DNA of 64,000 nt from Adineta vaga (Eukaryota; Animalia; Rotifera). Of the stretch, positions 1 through 12,770 are shown one piece after another. The notes beneath the pieces are model-generated. The model did no database searches. It had not been told where the DNA came from and saw nothing but the letters and a program-made list of their open reading frames with translations. The position numbers and the translations under genes are program-made. Position 1 is the first letter of the stretch. Each line of letters begins with the position of its first letter. The stretch lies in the NCBI GenBank assembly GCA_021613535.1, contig CP075493.1, positions 10,230,001 to 10,294,000 of the forward strand, given 5' to 3'.

Positions 1-1555
1 TTTTTCACAATATGAGAAAGATATAGAAACGTCAGAAATCATATGAAACGATTGAATGAAACATGAGCAATGGTGAATGAAGAAGAAAATGAACGTAGGA
101 CTTGTCAAATTATTCTTCGCAGCTCACAACAGTATGACCTTTCCTTTGCTTTGCTTTCCTTTTCTTTTCTTTCTTTCGTTCTTCCTTTCACTCTCAACAC
201 TCTCGGTGTTCTTATTTGGACGTAAAAAAAAAGAATTGGACTAAGAATAAAAAAAAAGTGAGCGAATGGTACTATAAATGATGAATGTATTCATTAGAAT
301 GGTAAAAGAAGCAATTCTGAATCCTGTAAGACAAGATCTTCTTTATATATACAAAAGAAAGATAATGGATAAATAAGAATAATATGTTTTTAATGAATCT
401 CAAAAGAACCAAAAATAATATTAACTCAAAACTTTGTATTATTGAATGAGTTTCTAATTCTAATAAATAGATGTTTCGATATTCTTATAGTCTTTTCTCT
501 TCTACAAATGAATAATACTACCTGTTTGTCAAAATCGATAGATTTGAAACTTATTTGAAGCAAAAAAAAGACAACTATGTATATATATATAGAGTTAGTG
601 AGTCATTCAACAAAGTATCGTGCTTGCTTCCTTGACAGTCAATGAGAAAGAGAAAGAGAAGAGAGAACTAACATAGTAAAGAACAAAATGCTTATATTTT
701 TTTTCAATGGTTGATTGTTGAAACCAGTGAATAATAATACTCAGTTCGAAGGAGAACGGTTGGAAATCGAGTTCCAATCAAACAAACGTACTACAACGCG
801 CTCTATACATAATCGACAGAGTTCGCTAGTTTGCGTCGTAACTTTACGTTCCATACACTTTAAAAAAGATGAATAAAACTTTTGATGATACTAATATATT
901 ATTCGACTCAATTCGATCTTATTCTCCACCAATCTATACTTACTTTTCTCTATATTCCTTAGTTTTGGAATGGTATACACGTATATATATTTTAAACCAA
1001 TAATTTAGTAAGAAAAATAAAAAGTTAACTTATCCAATTATACTTTAACGCACTTCTATCTGTGGTTTACTCGTTAATTCTGCTGTACAAATCATAACAT
1101 TATTTTCATTAATTTAGTTTTATCACACATAGAAACTCATGGTGAAGATTATCATTTATTTGAAATACAATGACATATTCATTATGGCGTTCTTCAGTTG
1201 TAGCTCTTTCTTAGCACATTTTTGTTATACAAGGTCATTATCTTCTATTCCACATCTATAATTCAGTTTATAATTAAAGATAACGTTCACATTTCTTAAC
1301 AACTAAATTTTGAATAGAACCATCTTCAAATATACATTGTTTCAACTAGGTATTTTCATTGTATTTCTTTATGAAAGAATATCTTTTTGAATTGTTAATT
1401 CCACATTTCGTAAAGACATTACTATTCAAATGAATTGATCAGTGCCTTAGATCTGACTATTTAATTAAATGATTTTCTATTTTTGTAACTAAACTTTTTT
1501 CCATTGATCAATTACATTTGCATATTCATATTCCCCATATGGAAACAAGACACAA

Positions 1556-1586
<31 letters not shown>

Positions 1587-3839
1587 TTCGTGACACGGCA
1601 AGTAGTTTCACAGTTACCAGATGGTTGACGACGAAATTAAGAGTAACTCTATGCATACATATAACTCTTCTTCTTTTCATCAATGAGATTACCGATCAAA
1701 AACGAAACTAAAGTACGTCATCGATTACCACCTGTTATCACTTGTAATTGTTCAAGTTTGACCCACCCATTCATTTCTTTCCTTTTTTGGTCATCTTCTC
1801 TGGAGACATGTCCACATATATCACTTGTTCTTTTTCACGTCACAATTAAAAACGAAACTACTAGAGGACAATCTATCAAGGGACTTATCATTGTAATTCA
1901 GGTAGATTGATCGATGAGAGTACGTTCATTTTCTTTTTTCGTTCCATCTGATTATAAATGAGAACAAGAAAAAAAAAAAGCAAATTGTTGTTTTTTTCTT
2001 TTGTTTTTCAATGCTTCAAGCTATTCACCGGCACGATAATGATTGACACAATTTCTCTCATTCATTTTTCATCTAACACCGAATGTCAACAAATCTTGTC
2101 ATCAAATTTTATATATGTCTTATCTCAATAAGAATAACATCAATACGGAAAAAGAAAAACGATGGTAATCAATACGGTCGAACAATTATGATAAGCAATA
2201 GTCTCAAGTGTCATCTGAGAATACTCTCACAAACGGACAATGTCATATAGACATAGCAACAGTAGTCGTCAATCGATTGATGACGTGACGAAAATGAATG
2301 AATGCAAAGGGCGTGTTTCACTCCTCATCATCATCGTTTTCATCGTGACAGACAAGAAACAGAAATGAGATCAGAAATAGTTTTTTCTAAAAGAAAAGAA
2401 AATGTTCCATCTGTTCTTTTTCTCATTTAAACAAAAAACAGTTCAAAACTAGTAGTTTACTTCAAGCAAACATATCAGCAGACCGAGAATACACACACAA
2501 ACACATGCACATGCCTACACCTTTTGCTTCCGATCTGATGCGTAACAATGTATTAAAAATTGATTCGTTTTTCTTTTACCTATGCGGCTGCCTATGTTGA
2601 TCATTGCCTTTAGGGCAAGTACACAAGAATAATATTTCAGTTAATGAGAAACGGAAATCTTCCATCTCAACAAGTATCTAGTAAATATGAGATCAAAGAG
2701 GCGAATGATGAGTGCGACAGAAAGAGAGAAGAGAAAAAATAATTAACGCAAAAAGTTTTACTTTTCTGATCTATGAAAACAAACTGTTCTTAATATTTAA
2801 AATTAAGATTAATGAATTATCTTTTTGAACATTTAAAAAAACGGAGCGAATAGTATTGTATCCGTTTTTCCCGTTTCTTCCTATTATTGTATGCATCTAT
2901 ATATTCTTTATTTAACATGTAGAAAAAAAAGTAGCATAACAAAGACAAAGAAGAAAAGAATTGAATATAACGTGAATAGTTGATGATGCTTGTTGTGCAC
3001 CGTTCATTTGTTTAAATAGGCTTTTACGAGTATTAACTTATTTATATCATTTCTTTTTTCTTATTGTGCATGACAACAAAAAAGCGAAAGAATATTAGAG
3101 TTCAATTGAATTAAAGTAAGAGAGAAGATAATACTAGAAGAGAAAACGAGAGAGAGAGAGAGAGAGAGGAAGGGAAGGAAAAGGAGATGAAGAACATCCA
3201 ACTGATCGTCGCCTTGCGTGTCGCTTGCGCTTGGGGAAATCTTCTTCTTCTTCTCTCTTTACTCTGGTAAAGATGACTGACAGATGGATGAATAGAAAAT
3301 TTTTATTCATTGGTTGATGAGAAAATTGTTTGACCAATGAGAAAATTTCTCTTCATTCTCTAGCAGGTAAATTTTCTTTCTCTCATATTTAATCACAGAA
3401 AAAAAAATGAGTTCTTTCTCATTTTTTATTTATCATTAATCACTCACGGAATGAACGTTAGTAACACATAGAAGAAGAAGAAAGAAAAACTCATACTTTC
3501 ACCATCACAACCATAGGAAATGCAGTAGAAATAAAAACTAGGAATAACCATTATTCAACACATTGATTATATCTTTCTCTTTTTCTCCCTTTCTCTTGTG
3601 TGTTTGTGTGTGTGTGTGTGAATATTGAAAAATCTTCTGATCAAATGCATTTTTCTTCTTCTTTTTCTTTTTAAGTATGTATATATTTATTTATTATTTA
3701 GTATATACATAAAAAACATCAACAAAGATATATAATTAGTGAAGTGTGTCAAGAATTATTTCGATTCATTGATAATAATAATGAAATGTTAACAGACAAG
3801 TAAATTATTTATTGAAACAAATCAATAATAGAAATACAA

Positions 3840-5073
3840 ATGCTTAATAATACAAACATATCAGCTGTTGATCAAGCAACATCAAGTAAATCATCCTTTT
3901 CGAATACAACAAGTGGACTTATGAATTCAAATTCAATTGGAAATACGAATGGTCGGTATTCACCAAGTAATTTCTATCGAGCTGCAGCTGTAGCTGCTGC
4001 AACAAGTGATCCTAATAATCGACGATATATGCCTAGTACACCGGTATACATTTGTATTTTTATCAAAATAAGAAACAGCAACAACATATATTTCTTTTTC
4101 TAGTGGCCTAAATCAAATTGTTTTGGCGATAGTTTTAAATTTGAACCAAATGTATGTGTACAGAAAAGAAGATGTTCAAAAAAGTATTTGAAAATTTCTT
4201 ATTTTAGAGTCTATTTTGTCCAACCATTGATGATAATTTTCTTCGTCAAGCTGAAGCATTATCAAAACCTGAATCATCATCCCTTTATTACCCATCGCCC
4301 TTTGCTTGTTCATCAGCAGCAGCCACATCATCATATCATCTACGGGCAATGTTTATTCTGGTTCATCAACAATGGAATCTCATCTTTTATCTGATCATAA
4401 TCAACATAATCATCATTCGCATGTAAATTCCAATTTACATCCATTTTATCAACGTCAATATGCTGCAGCTGCTGTTGGTGTTTTACCTGGTATGGTTGTT
4501 GGCATGCATCATCACAGTGTTGTCGGTAGTCTTGTTCCATCTCATGAACTTGATGTTGATCCACGTGAATTAGAATTGTTTGCTGAACGTTTTAAACAAC
4601 GTCGAATTAAATTAGGTGTTACTCAAGCGGATGTTGGTCATCAATTGTCGAAATTAAAAATGCCCGGCGTTGGTTCTCTATCTCAATCGACTATATGTCG
4701 ATTTGAATCACTTACATTATCACATAATAATATGGTGGCATTAAAACCAGTTCTTCAAGCTTGGTTAGAATTTGCTGAAGCAGAAATGCGACAGAGAAAA
4801 AAAGATGAAATGAATGGCAATATGATTGGTTTAAGTGGACATATTAGTTCAAGTGGAAGTTTAATTGATAAGAAACGTAAACGTACATCGATTGCTGCAC
4901 AAGAAAAACGTTTTCTTGAATCGTGTTTTATTCAACAACAAAGACCAAGTGGAGAACGTATTGCCCAAATAGCAGATAAACTTGATTTAAAGAAGAATGT
5001 TGTTCGTGTTTGGTTTTGTAATCAACGACAAAAAAATAAACGTTTACGGTTTGCTGCTGGTCAATCAGCGTAA
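3840..5073 (+). CDS. POU4: Class IV POU homeodomain transcription factor (Brn3/unc-86/acj6 family); exons ~3840-4043, 4104-4151, 4208-5073; apparent 1-nt frameshift at ~4335
   Basis: POU-specific domain DPRELELFAERFKQRRIKLGVTQADVG..SLSQSTICRFESLTLSHNNMVALKP; homeodomain KKRKRTSIAA..KKNVVRVWFCNQRQK; POU-IV box-like DDNFLRQAEAL at the start of exon 3; GT-AG introns. Confidence 0.93.
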
Positions 5074-5392
5074 CATATATGAGTATTTGAGACCGAAAGA
5101 AGAAAGATCGAATAAGTCCGTCCATTTTAATGAGTTTATATATTCGTTTTTCTTTGTCGTTCTTTTTTAACTGTTGTCACTCTCTCTCTCTCTCTCTCTC
5201 TTTTTCTCTGATATTGTTGTCTCCTTTTAGCAGTTAATCTCTATTTTCTAGCACAAAGTGTGTTTTCTTTGTTCTATAACAATATTGATCAATTGGAATT
5301 TTATTCTATTTTTTATAGACAACGTATTAACAGCATTTATTCATCTAATCAATGAAATGTACAAAAGCCATATATAAATATATACACGTATC

Positions 5393-6112
5393 TTAAATAG
5401 AATTTTCTGTTCGAGGTGAATTTTGTTGCTGTTTTATTATGTGTTGAAGAAATTCAATGATAAACATTTGTAAACGTACATCTTGTGGTTTATTCGTTGC
5501 ATGCATACATGGTACACCAACTTTTTCTAATCTCGTTTGTTGTTCTAACATTTTTTGATCAAGATCTAAAACAATTTTCATATCGAAACGTTGTTGTTCA
5601 TCGGCAACTCTTTTTACAAATGCCTAAATGATTTTTAATTGAAGATCAAAATTTAAGAATAGAGAAATAAACATACATCAAATTCACGTTTATTTGCTGA
5701 TTGAAGAAGATTTAAATGTTGTGGTCTATCAGCACAACGAGCTTCATCTTCGGAATGTTTTCGAATTAAATCTAATTCTTGTTCTAAAGAACCTTCAACA
5801 GTTGTTACTTAGAGGTATATTTTCTCGTACCTTTTGCTTGTTTAACTAATTTTTGTCGTTCATTGAATAATGTTTTCTCAGTTCGTGTTTGTATCTCTTG
5901 TAAACTATTGATAATATCAATAACATTTGTATCAAGTGATACGGTTATCAAATTTTCAATGAGATTATCTTTTTCAAAACGTTCTTGTAATTTTCTAAAT
6001 GATTTATTCAACGATATAAAATCCTTTCTAATCAAACGTTTCTTTTTTCTTCTTACGATGGTAAATCATTAATCATTAGTTTTAATTGTTCTGAAATTTG
6101 TTGACGATTCAT
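5393..6112 (-). CDS. DGCR6: DGCR6/gonadal (gdl) family coiled-coil protein, multi-exon
   Basis: Exon peptides SLDTNVIDIINSLQEIQTRTEKTLFNERQKL and KIVLDLDQKMLEQQTRLEKVGVPCMHATNKPQDVRLQM parallel the DGCR6 family; ATG at 6112; short GT-AG introns. Confidence 0.8.
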
Positions 6113-6419
6113 ATCTTAAACACAAATATATCAATGAAACATATATATATATATATATATATTCTATTCAAAAATTTGTTAATTAATATTTATTAAAGTA
6201 TAAAAATACGTTATACAAATAAAAATATTCGTAAAACGAACAATTATGTTAGAAAGCAACGAATAATAAAAACAAACACTGTTGACATGTTAAGAAATGA
6301 GTTCACCGAAAGACTTAGATAAATTAGTAAGAAGTTAAAACGAAAGATTGCGAGGATAGGGTTAGAAAAAAAATAAGAGCACCAATTAAAGCAATTTGTC
6401 ATGCAAATCGTCAGATTTA

Positions 6420-9400
6420 TTAAAATTGTGTGTTCATGGTTTCATTGTTTGCTGCTTTATTTTGACGCTAAGGAAAAAGAATATGACTAAAACATGGACA
6501 CAAAGGAGTTTTCTCTTACTTCACGTCGTAGAGCTTGATTGGATTCAAAAAGACTTTTTGCTCGTGCAATTTCCACTTCATATGGAACATCAGGTATGGC
6601 GAAATCGATTGCAAATTTAATCGCCAACAGAATATGCTATAAAACAATCCTAATTACTTTCATAATTACTTCTACAAATCATATACCTCAGCTGCGATAA
6701 ATAGAAGAATATATTCTACATCCGTATACGTCGAAAAATAAGCACGAACTGACGGTTGCATAGCAATTAATGCTGTATTTGTAACAATTGCAATTGAACT
6801 TAATATATCAAAAGCATAATGCCAACTTCCAATATTACTAGCTGGTTGAGCAAATGGACGTTGATAAACGTAACAATATTTGAATGCATCAGCACGAAGT
6901 TCAAAAATGTTATTAATCAATCCGCAAATAGTTACCCAAGGAAATACCTGAAATAAATAAACAAATATTTTCAAAAAATATCTCAGAATATCTAAGAAAT
7001 TTACAGCAGAAAATAAAGCGATATAACCATATTGTTCGAAGATAGTTAAATAATCTCCATATGTTCCCTAGAAACGAAGAAAACGAATTCATATGTTCAA
7101 TTCTCACTTTCTCAAATAATGTTAATCATTACTTCAAATGGTGTTAAAGTTTTCGATTGTTTAATAACTTCGCTAACTTTTGTATCGACTGATCCTGTTC
7201 GAACTAATTGATTCTTTTTCACTCGTTTGAATATATATGGAAGAACTTGTTCAGTAAATTTTAATATAATAGCATTAATAATAACCAATGATGTAAGTAA
7301 CTAGAAGAGATTTTTCAATGAAGAAAAGTTCGTTTATCAAAACCAAAGAACTTACTTGAACAACATTAGCATAGTTAACATTGAAAAATGCTTGATAAAA
7401 TAACCCGACAAAACTGTTGACAAAAAAGAAGATGAATAGTTTCGATGTTAAATTATTTTCATAGGCAGTTTGAAGACGATGATTTTCTAAATAAAAACAA
7501 ACCTATATTGTTGACTAATAACCAAAGCAAGATGTTTAACATACCAAAATCTGTTAAGAATGTTGCTAGTTTTTTGTAGATTAATTTTACAGGAATAACT
7601 AGTAATGAATAACCAGTTGATGGTATCATACGTCTTACTTTCGTTTCAACAGGTATTCCAGAGTTAGTTAATGGATAATTTGTATTCGTACGTTCTTGAA
7701 TGCCATAATAAGTAAAATAAAGTGTCATTGCAAATACTAAACATCCCATAACAATTGGATAACTAACAAGATATTTCTTTATTTGTCGTTTCCATCTAAA
7801 AAATCTGTACATGGAAAGGAAAATAGATCACAGTTGTTAACATACGCTGGATAAAGTGGTTCTAATCTTCCTGTAATTGGTGATGGTTGTAATTCTCCAA
7901 AATAAGCTGGACGTGGTCGTTCAAATACTTGTAAATCAAGTGTACCCCATTGATAAGCTAATTTATTTGTTAAACGTTTCCATCGTTCCATCTAAATTAT
8001 CAATTTATCATTGATTTTGAAAGAGAAAATACGGATACATACAAATATTGTCCACCAGATAACATTGAACAAGCAGAAGAATGAATATCTAGCAAAATCC
8101 GAAATTGGCAAAAAACTAACCAAGACACCTAGAAGAAACGATAAAATTGTAGAGAATAGTTAGAATTAAAGCAGTTAAACAAGACGAGAATAGATAACAC
8201 TAATTAATTACGTATTTATTTTTAAAGATATTCATTGATTATGCCAGAATTTGTATTTACTATAAAAAATAAAACATTGTATCTTGCCAAACAATTAGGT
8301 CGTTTTCAAGTATGTGTTTTTTTACACGATTTACTGTCAAAACTACAGGTCACAGAAATATCATGACTCATTGTACGAAATATTGATAGGCAGTTATAAT
8401 GATATATTTTTTTGTTTTTATTACGCCTGATTGGTTTTGTTTTTTTCGCATACTATGTTCGATGATTGTTGATTATACCGCAAAATATATAACATAATAT
8501 CATTTCTTTTCTCATTCTACGCATGGCTAATGAGAGATATATGATTATATTCTCAGAATTAACTGTCAATGATTCATAAATATTATGAAAGAGAATATCT
8601 GTTAGAAAATTTTTTTTGTAATTGATATGCTTACCAAGAATAGATGTTGGTATGAGAGCTTTTGTATAATATTCCAAGAATGCAAAATAAAATGCAACAT
8701 TATCGCCAAAATAGTTTCGAATTTTATCTAAATAATAAATAATAATTGACATATTTTTTGAATAGTTTACTTGCTTACGAATATCTTGCGATTTAAATAT
8801 TGAAAGTTTCGATTTAAACCAATCATGTTCAAGTAATTTAATATCTTCTTTTTCATGTAATGGAAAGAAATTTACAACAAAATGCAGATCATTAAGTATC
8901 GCAACTAAATAAAACATGAAAATGAATAAAAGAGAAATCATTTGATGATATATTTCATTTACGCATAGTATCATTTTCAGGTGAAAATGATTTTGTTGGT
9001 ACACCTGGTACTGCATGTTCATTTTTCATTGGACGTAGATTTTGAATTTCTTCAAAGACAATTCGTTGCTTTTCAGATTTGAGTAGAATGTCACCAGGAT
9101 TTTCTAATTTCGAATGAATATGAGTAATTAGTTTAAGATAATCGATATTCACCTGAATTCTGAAAATGTTCAATATCCGCAACAAGAAATTCCGTTAGAC
9201 CTTTCGTTGTATCCCATTTTTGTATTCGTAGCTCTTCGGCGCCAACTAATAAACGTTCTAGTGTTGCACCGATAACAATCAAACTATTCTATACAATAGA
9301 CAAATGAGCTTTTTTCGAATGGAAATAAATAACAATGTTTGTTTTAAAATAGCTCCGAAATCTCAAAAAAAGCTTATTGAGAATTTCTAGTTCCTCTTAC

Positions 9401-9568
9401 TCGATTTTCGGTGTTCGACTCGAATCGAGCTAGTAATCCAGCACCTTCATCTTCATATTGATTTGCAGTTAATCGATGAATAATCCATTCTTTGGTTACT
9501 GCTGGTGTTGTGGGTGAGAGTTGAAGAACTACTAAAGGTTCAAAATCATCCTTCTCATCGAAAGACAT
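6420..9568 (-). CDS. ANO10: Anoctamin / TMEM16 family, ANO10 (TMEM16K)-like, multi-exon
   Basis: Motifs FFPLHE, DKIRNYFGDNVAFYFAFLEYY, ERWKR..LAYQWGT, PSPITGRLEPLYP, NNIFELRADAFK..QRPF..SNIGSW, IAIVTNTAL; stop at 6420-6422. Confidence 0.9.
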
Positions 9569-10242
9569 CTGTCTACGGACAATTTAGGTCGATTAAATAA
9601 AGGTTACAACGCATCAATATACGCATTAGCGATATAGCGAAAAACAACCACACGATGATTCATTCTTTTCTTTGATTAGTCGTAAATAATCCAATACGGA
9701 AATATAATCAAATTGAACTTAAGTTTCTTAATTTTATTGATAATCTAACTTATTTATACACATTCATAATGTTCAAATATTTCTTTCGAAATAAAATTCC
9801 TCCGATCAAATAGACGTTCAATCCATAGTTTACCCTTTCCAGGAAATCTTTCCATTGCACTTGCACATACATAAACAGAATTCATTTATCTTTAAATCTT
9901 TTTTTTTGTCAATGAAAATTCTGCATATGATGTTAACTTATATAAGACAGATTAGTCTGATTCATTATGAAAGATCAAACTTTTTGACTGATGCAGACTC
10001 GATGAATCAATCTACAGTCCAATGATGTAAAATGACTATTGAAGAGCATTTTGATTGTAAGACGAACAAACAACTACTTAATTTCACTTGTTTTCTTTCT
10101 TTCTTATTCGATTAAGTAGCAGTTTGTTCGTCTGAAGTCAGTGGGCTCATATGATTATTGATTATGAGATCTGAGGACTGTTAGAATTCGAAATTCAATT
10201 TATATTCTCATTTGGTTTTCGATTTTAGATTGACATCTGACA

Positions 10243-10938
10243 ATGAAACATAATAACGTCATCCCAAATGCTCACTTTCATAAAAAGTGGCAATTACATG
10301 TCCGTACTTGGTTCGATCAACCAGGCCGTAAAGTACGACGTCATCAAAAACGTTTAAACAAAGCTCAACGTGTTGCTCCTCGACCAGCCAAAGGTTCATT
10401 ACGGCCAGTTGTTCGTGGTACCACACGTCGTTATAACATGAAAGTACGTTCTGGACGCGGTTTTTCTTTGGATGAAATTCGTGCTGCTGGTCTTCATCCA
10501 ACCTATGCTCGAACCATCGGTATTTCAGTTGATCATCGACGACGCAATAAATCCACTGAAGCTTTTCAAGTAAATATCAATAAAAAATATTGAATTAATT
10601 AAAAAAAAATAATTTTTTTGATTTAGCTTAATGTTCAACGTCTCAAACAATATCTCGGTAAACTTATCTTGTTTCCATTGAACGCCGATAAACCTAAGAA
10701 GAACGATGCTAAACCTGAAGAAACCAAATTAGCTGTTCAACTTAAGAAGCAACGTGTTATGCCAGTTAAACAACGTGTTATTCGTGAAAAAGCTCGACCT
10801 GTCAACGATACTGATACGAAATTTCAAGCTTTTCAAGCTATACGTATGGCTCGTGCTGATGCTCGTTTAATTGGTCTACGTGAAAAGAAGGCTAAACAAG
10901 CAGCTGAAGACGAAAAGAAACCGAAAAAAGAGAAATGA
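10243..10938 (+). CDS. RPL13: 60S ribosomal protein L13 (eL13); intron ~10570-10626
   Basis: [68 protein letters not shown]. Confidence 0.97.
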
Positions 10939-11082
10939 GCATTTTCTTTTGTTTTTGTAACCAAATGTTTAGATTGAAAAGAATCGAAATAAAGAAAAAG
11001 AAGATCATAGTTCGCCGACGAAATCAATATGTCGGTTCGAGAAAAAAACTAACAAAAATCTTGTTTTGTTTTTATAGATTTC

Positions 11083-11973
11083 ATGAATCTTTTACTATCT
11101 CGCCATATTCTACGTCCTTCTTTTCTTTCAAAAACTTTTCTTCATAATTCTATTCTACCGTGTTTATCATCAATAAAACAGTTTTCATTATCATCATCAT
11201 CATCATCATCATCATCAACTAATAATCAGTATAACAAATCACAATCATCAAATAAGAATGATTTCGAAAAAGAATTTAAAAAATTTGAACGAAATGAAAA
11301 AAATCGTCGAGTTAATATTGCACTTTATATGAGTTCTATGGCAATTCTCATGCTTGGATTAACTTATGCATCTGTTCCACTCTATAAAATGTTTTGTGAA
11401 GCAACAGGATTTGATGGAGTTATTCGAAAAACTGACGATGAGGATATAATATCAGCAAATGTCAGACAATTACCTCAACGAATGGATAAAGAAAATCCGA
11501 TGATTCGAATACATTTTTCTTCAACACCTTCATCACTTTTACCGTGGACATTTGAACCTGAACAACGTGAAATTTCTATTCAACCAGGTGAAACAGCACT
11601 AGCTTTTTATCGCGCAAAAAATGAATCGAATCGACCAATTATTGGTATTGCAACATACAATGTTCAACCATCACAAGCAGCATTTTATTTTAATAAAATT
11701 CAATGTTTTTGTTTTGAAGAACAACGTTTAGAACCAGGCGAAGAAATTGATATGCCCGTCTTCTTTTATATCGATCCAGATTTTATACGAGATCCAAATT
11801 TACAAGGTGTTAATGATATTAGTTTATCTTATACATTTTTTGAAAGTAAAGGTACCGAATATCTTGCTTTAATGGGCGGAGATCCAGCAATGGCAAATAT
11901 GAAATTTAAACCAAGTGAAACATTACCATATGCACATCGACACAAAGAAAAGATCATAACAAATCCTTCTTAG
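11083..11973 (+). CDS. COX11: Cytochrome c oxidase assembly copper chaperone COX11 (mitochondrial), uninterrupted ORF
   Basis: YASVPLYKMFCEATG, PGETALAFYRAKN, YFNKIQCFCFEEQRL, MPVFFYIDP; basic Ser-rich N-terminal presequence and one TM helix. Confidence 0.96.
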   Translation: MNLLLSRHILRPSFLSKTFLHNSILPCLSSIKQFSLSSSSSSSSSTNNQYNKSQSSNKNDFEKEFKKFERNEKNRRVNIALYMSSMAILMLGLTYASVPLYKMFCEATGFDGVIRKTDDEDIISANVRQLPQRMDKENPMIRIHFSSTPSSLLPWTFEPEQREISIQPGETALAFYRAKNESNRPIIGIATYNVQPSQAAFYFNKIQCFCFEEQRLEPGEEIDMPVFFYIDPDFIRDPNLQGVNDISLSYTFFESKGTEYLALMGGDPAMANMKFKPSETLPYAHRHKEKIITNPS

Positions 11974-12099
11974 TTTTCTATGTGTATATAAATAGAATTG
12001 TTCTTTTTTCTTTTTATTTGTCTTCAATATGGAAACACATTCGAACGATGTATAATTGAAAATAAACATTTTCAGTCCAATTCGATTGTCAATCAGCAG

Positions 12100-12640
12100 A
12101 AAACTCTTTTCGTATTTGAATTACTCTCAACTTTGACTTATATGATAGTTTGAATGAATTACATGCTCAAAGCAGATATATCAAGTTTTGCTAAACAAGA
12201 TCGATATTGTACTATAAGAGATGTATGTATGTTATCAATTATGATTGCATTGAACTATTCATTAATGTTGTAAACGAAAGTATTCATTAACTAAGATTTT
12301 GTAGTGAGATGGATTGAAATCATAGAAATTTATTTTTCGAGAAAGCAGATTTTTAATTTTCGCAATTGAGTATACAAACTTATCATCGTTTCGTTTCATG
12401 TGTTCATCCACGTCAATCATTTCTTCTGATACCACTTATATTAAACGAACAAATTGTTTGGCAAACATCATTTTCCAATTCATTTAGTTTCTTCTATTTA
12501 TTCATTGTTTCCTACGCTATGCCAATTATTTTCATAACTATTTTACATGTTTCCATTATTTATTATTTGAGAAAATATTGACAAATTCATCGTCATCACC
12601 GTCTTACTGTTACAACATATTACTCTCATAGCTGCAAGAA
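12100..12640 (+). pseudogene. Decayed rhodopsin-like (class A) GPCR fragment
   Basis: Stop-interrupted frames give a TM3-like segment (QDRYCTIRDVCMLSIMIALNYSL.. then IQTYHRFVSCVHP) and a TM5-like segment (YLFIVSYAMPIIFITILHVSIIYYLRK). Confidence 0.45.
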
Positions 12641-12770
12641 ATTCTTGATGTTTAATATGTTATTGAATAAACAAAAACAAAACACCTGTCGCACGATATT
12701 TCAGTATATTATAAAATGATGGATAGATTTTTTTATTGTTTAAAGAAAAGAAAATCATACATTTGATAAC

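Noticed and set aside
1-3839. Short ORFs and candidate POU4 autoregulatory sites upstream of POU4
   Set aside because: The ORFs are microsatellite-derived or lack motifs; AT-rich motifs are expected by chance at this composition
9505-9518. TGTGGG telomere-like hexamer
   Set aside because: Single unit inside an ANO10 exon with no junction
10161-10212. CTGAGGA..GAAA upstream of RPL13 as a hammerhead ribozyme
   Set aside because: The segment between the core motifs cannot form stem II and stem III is unconvincing
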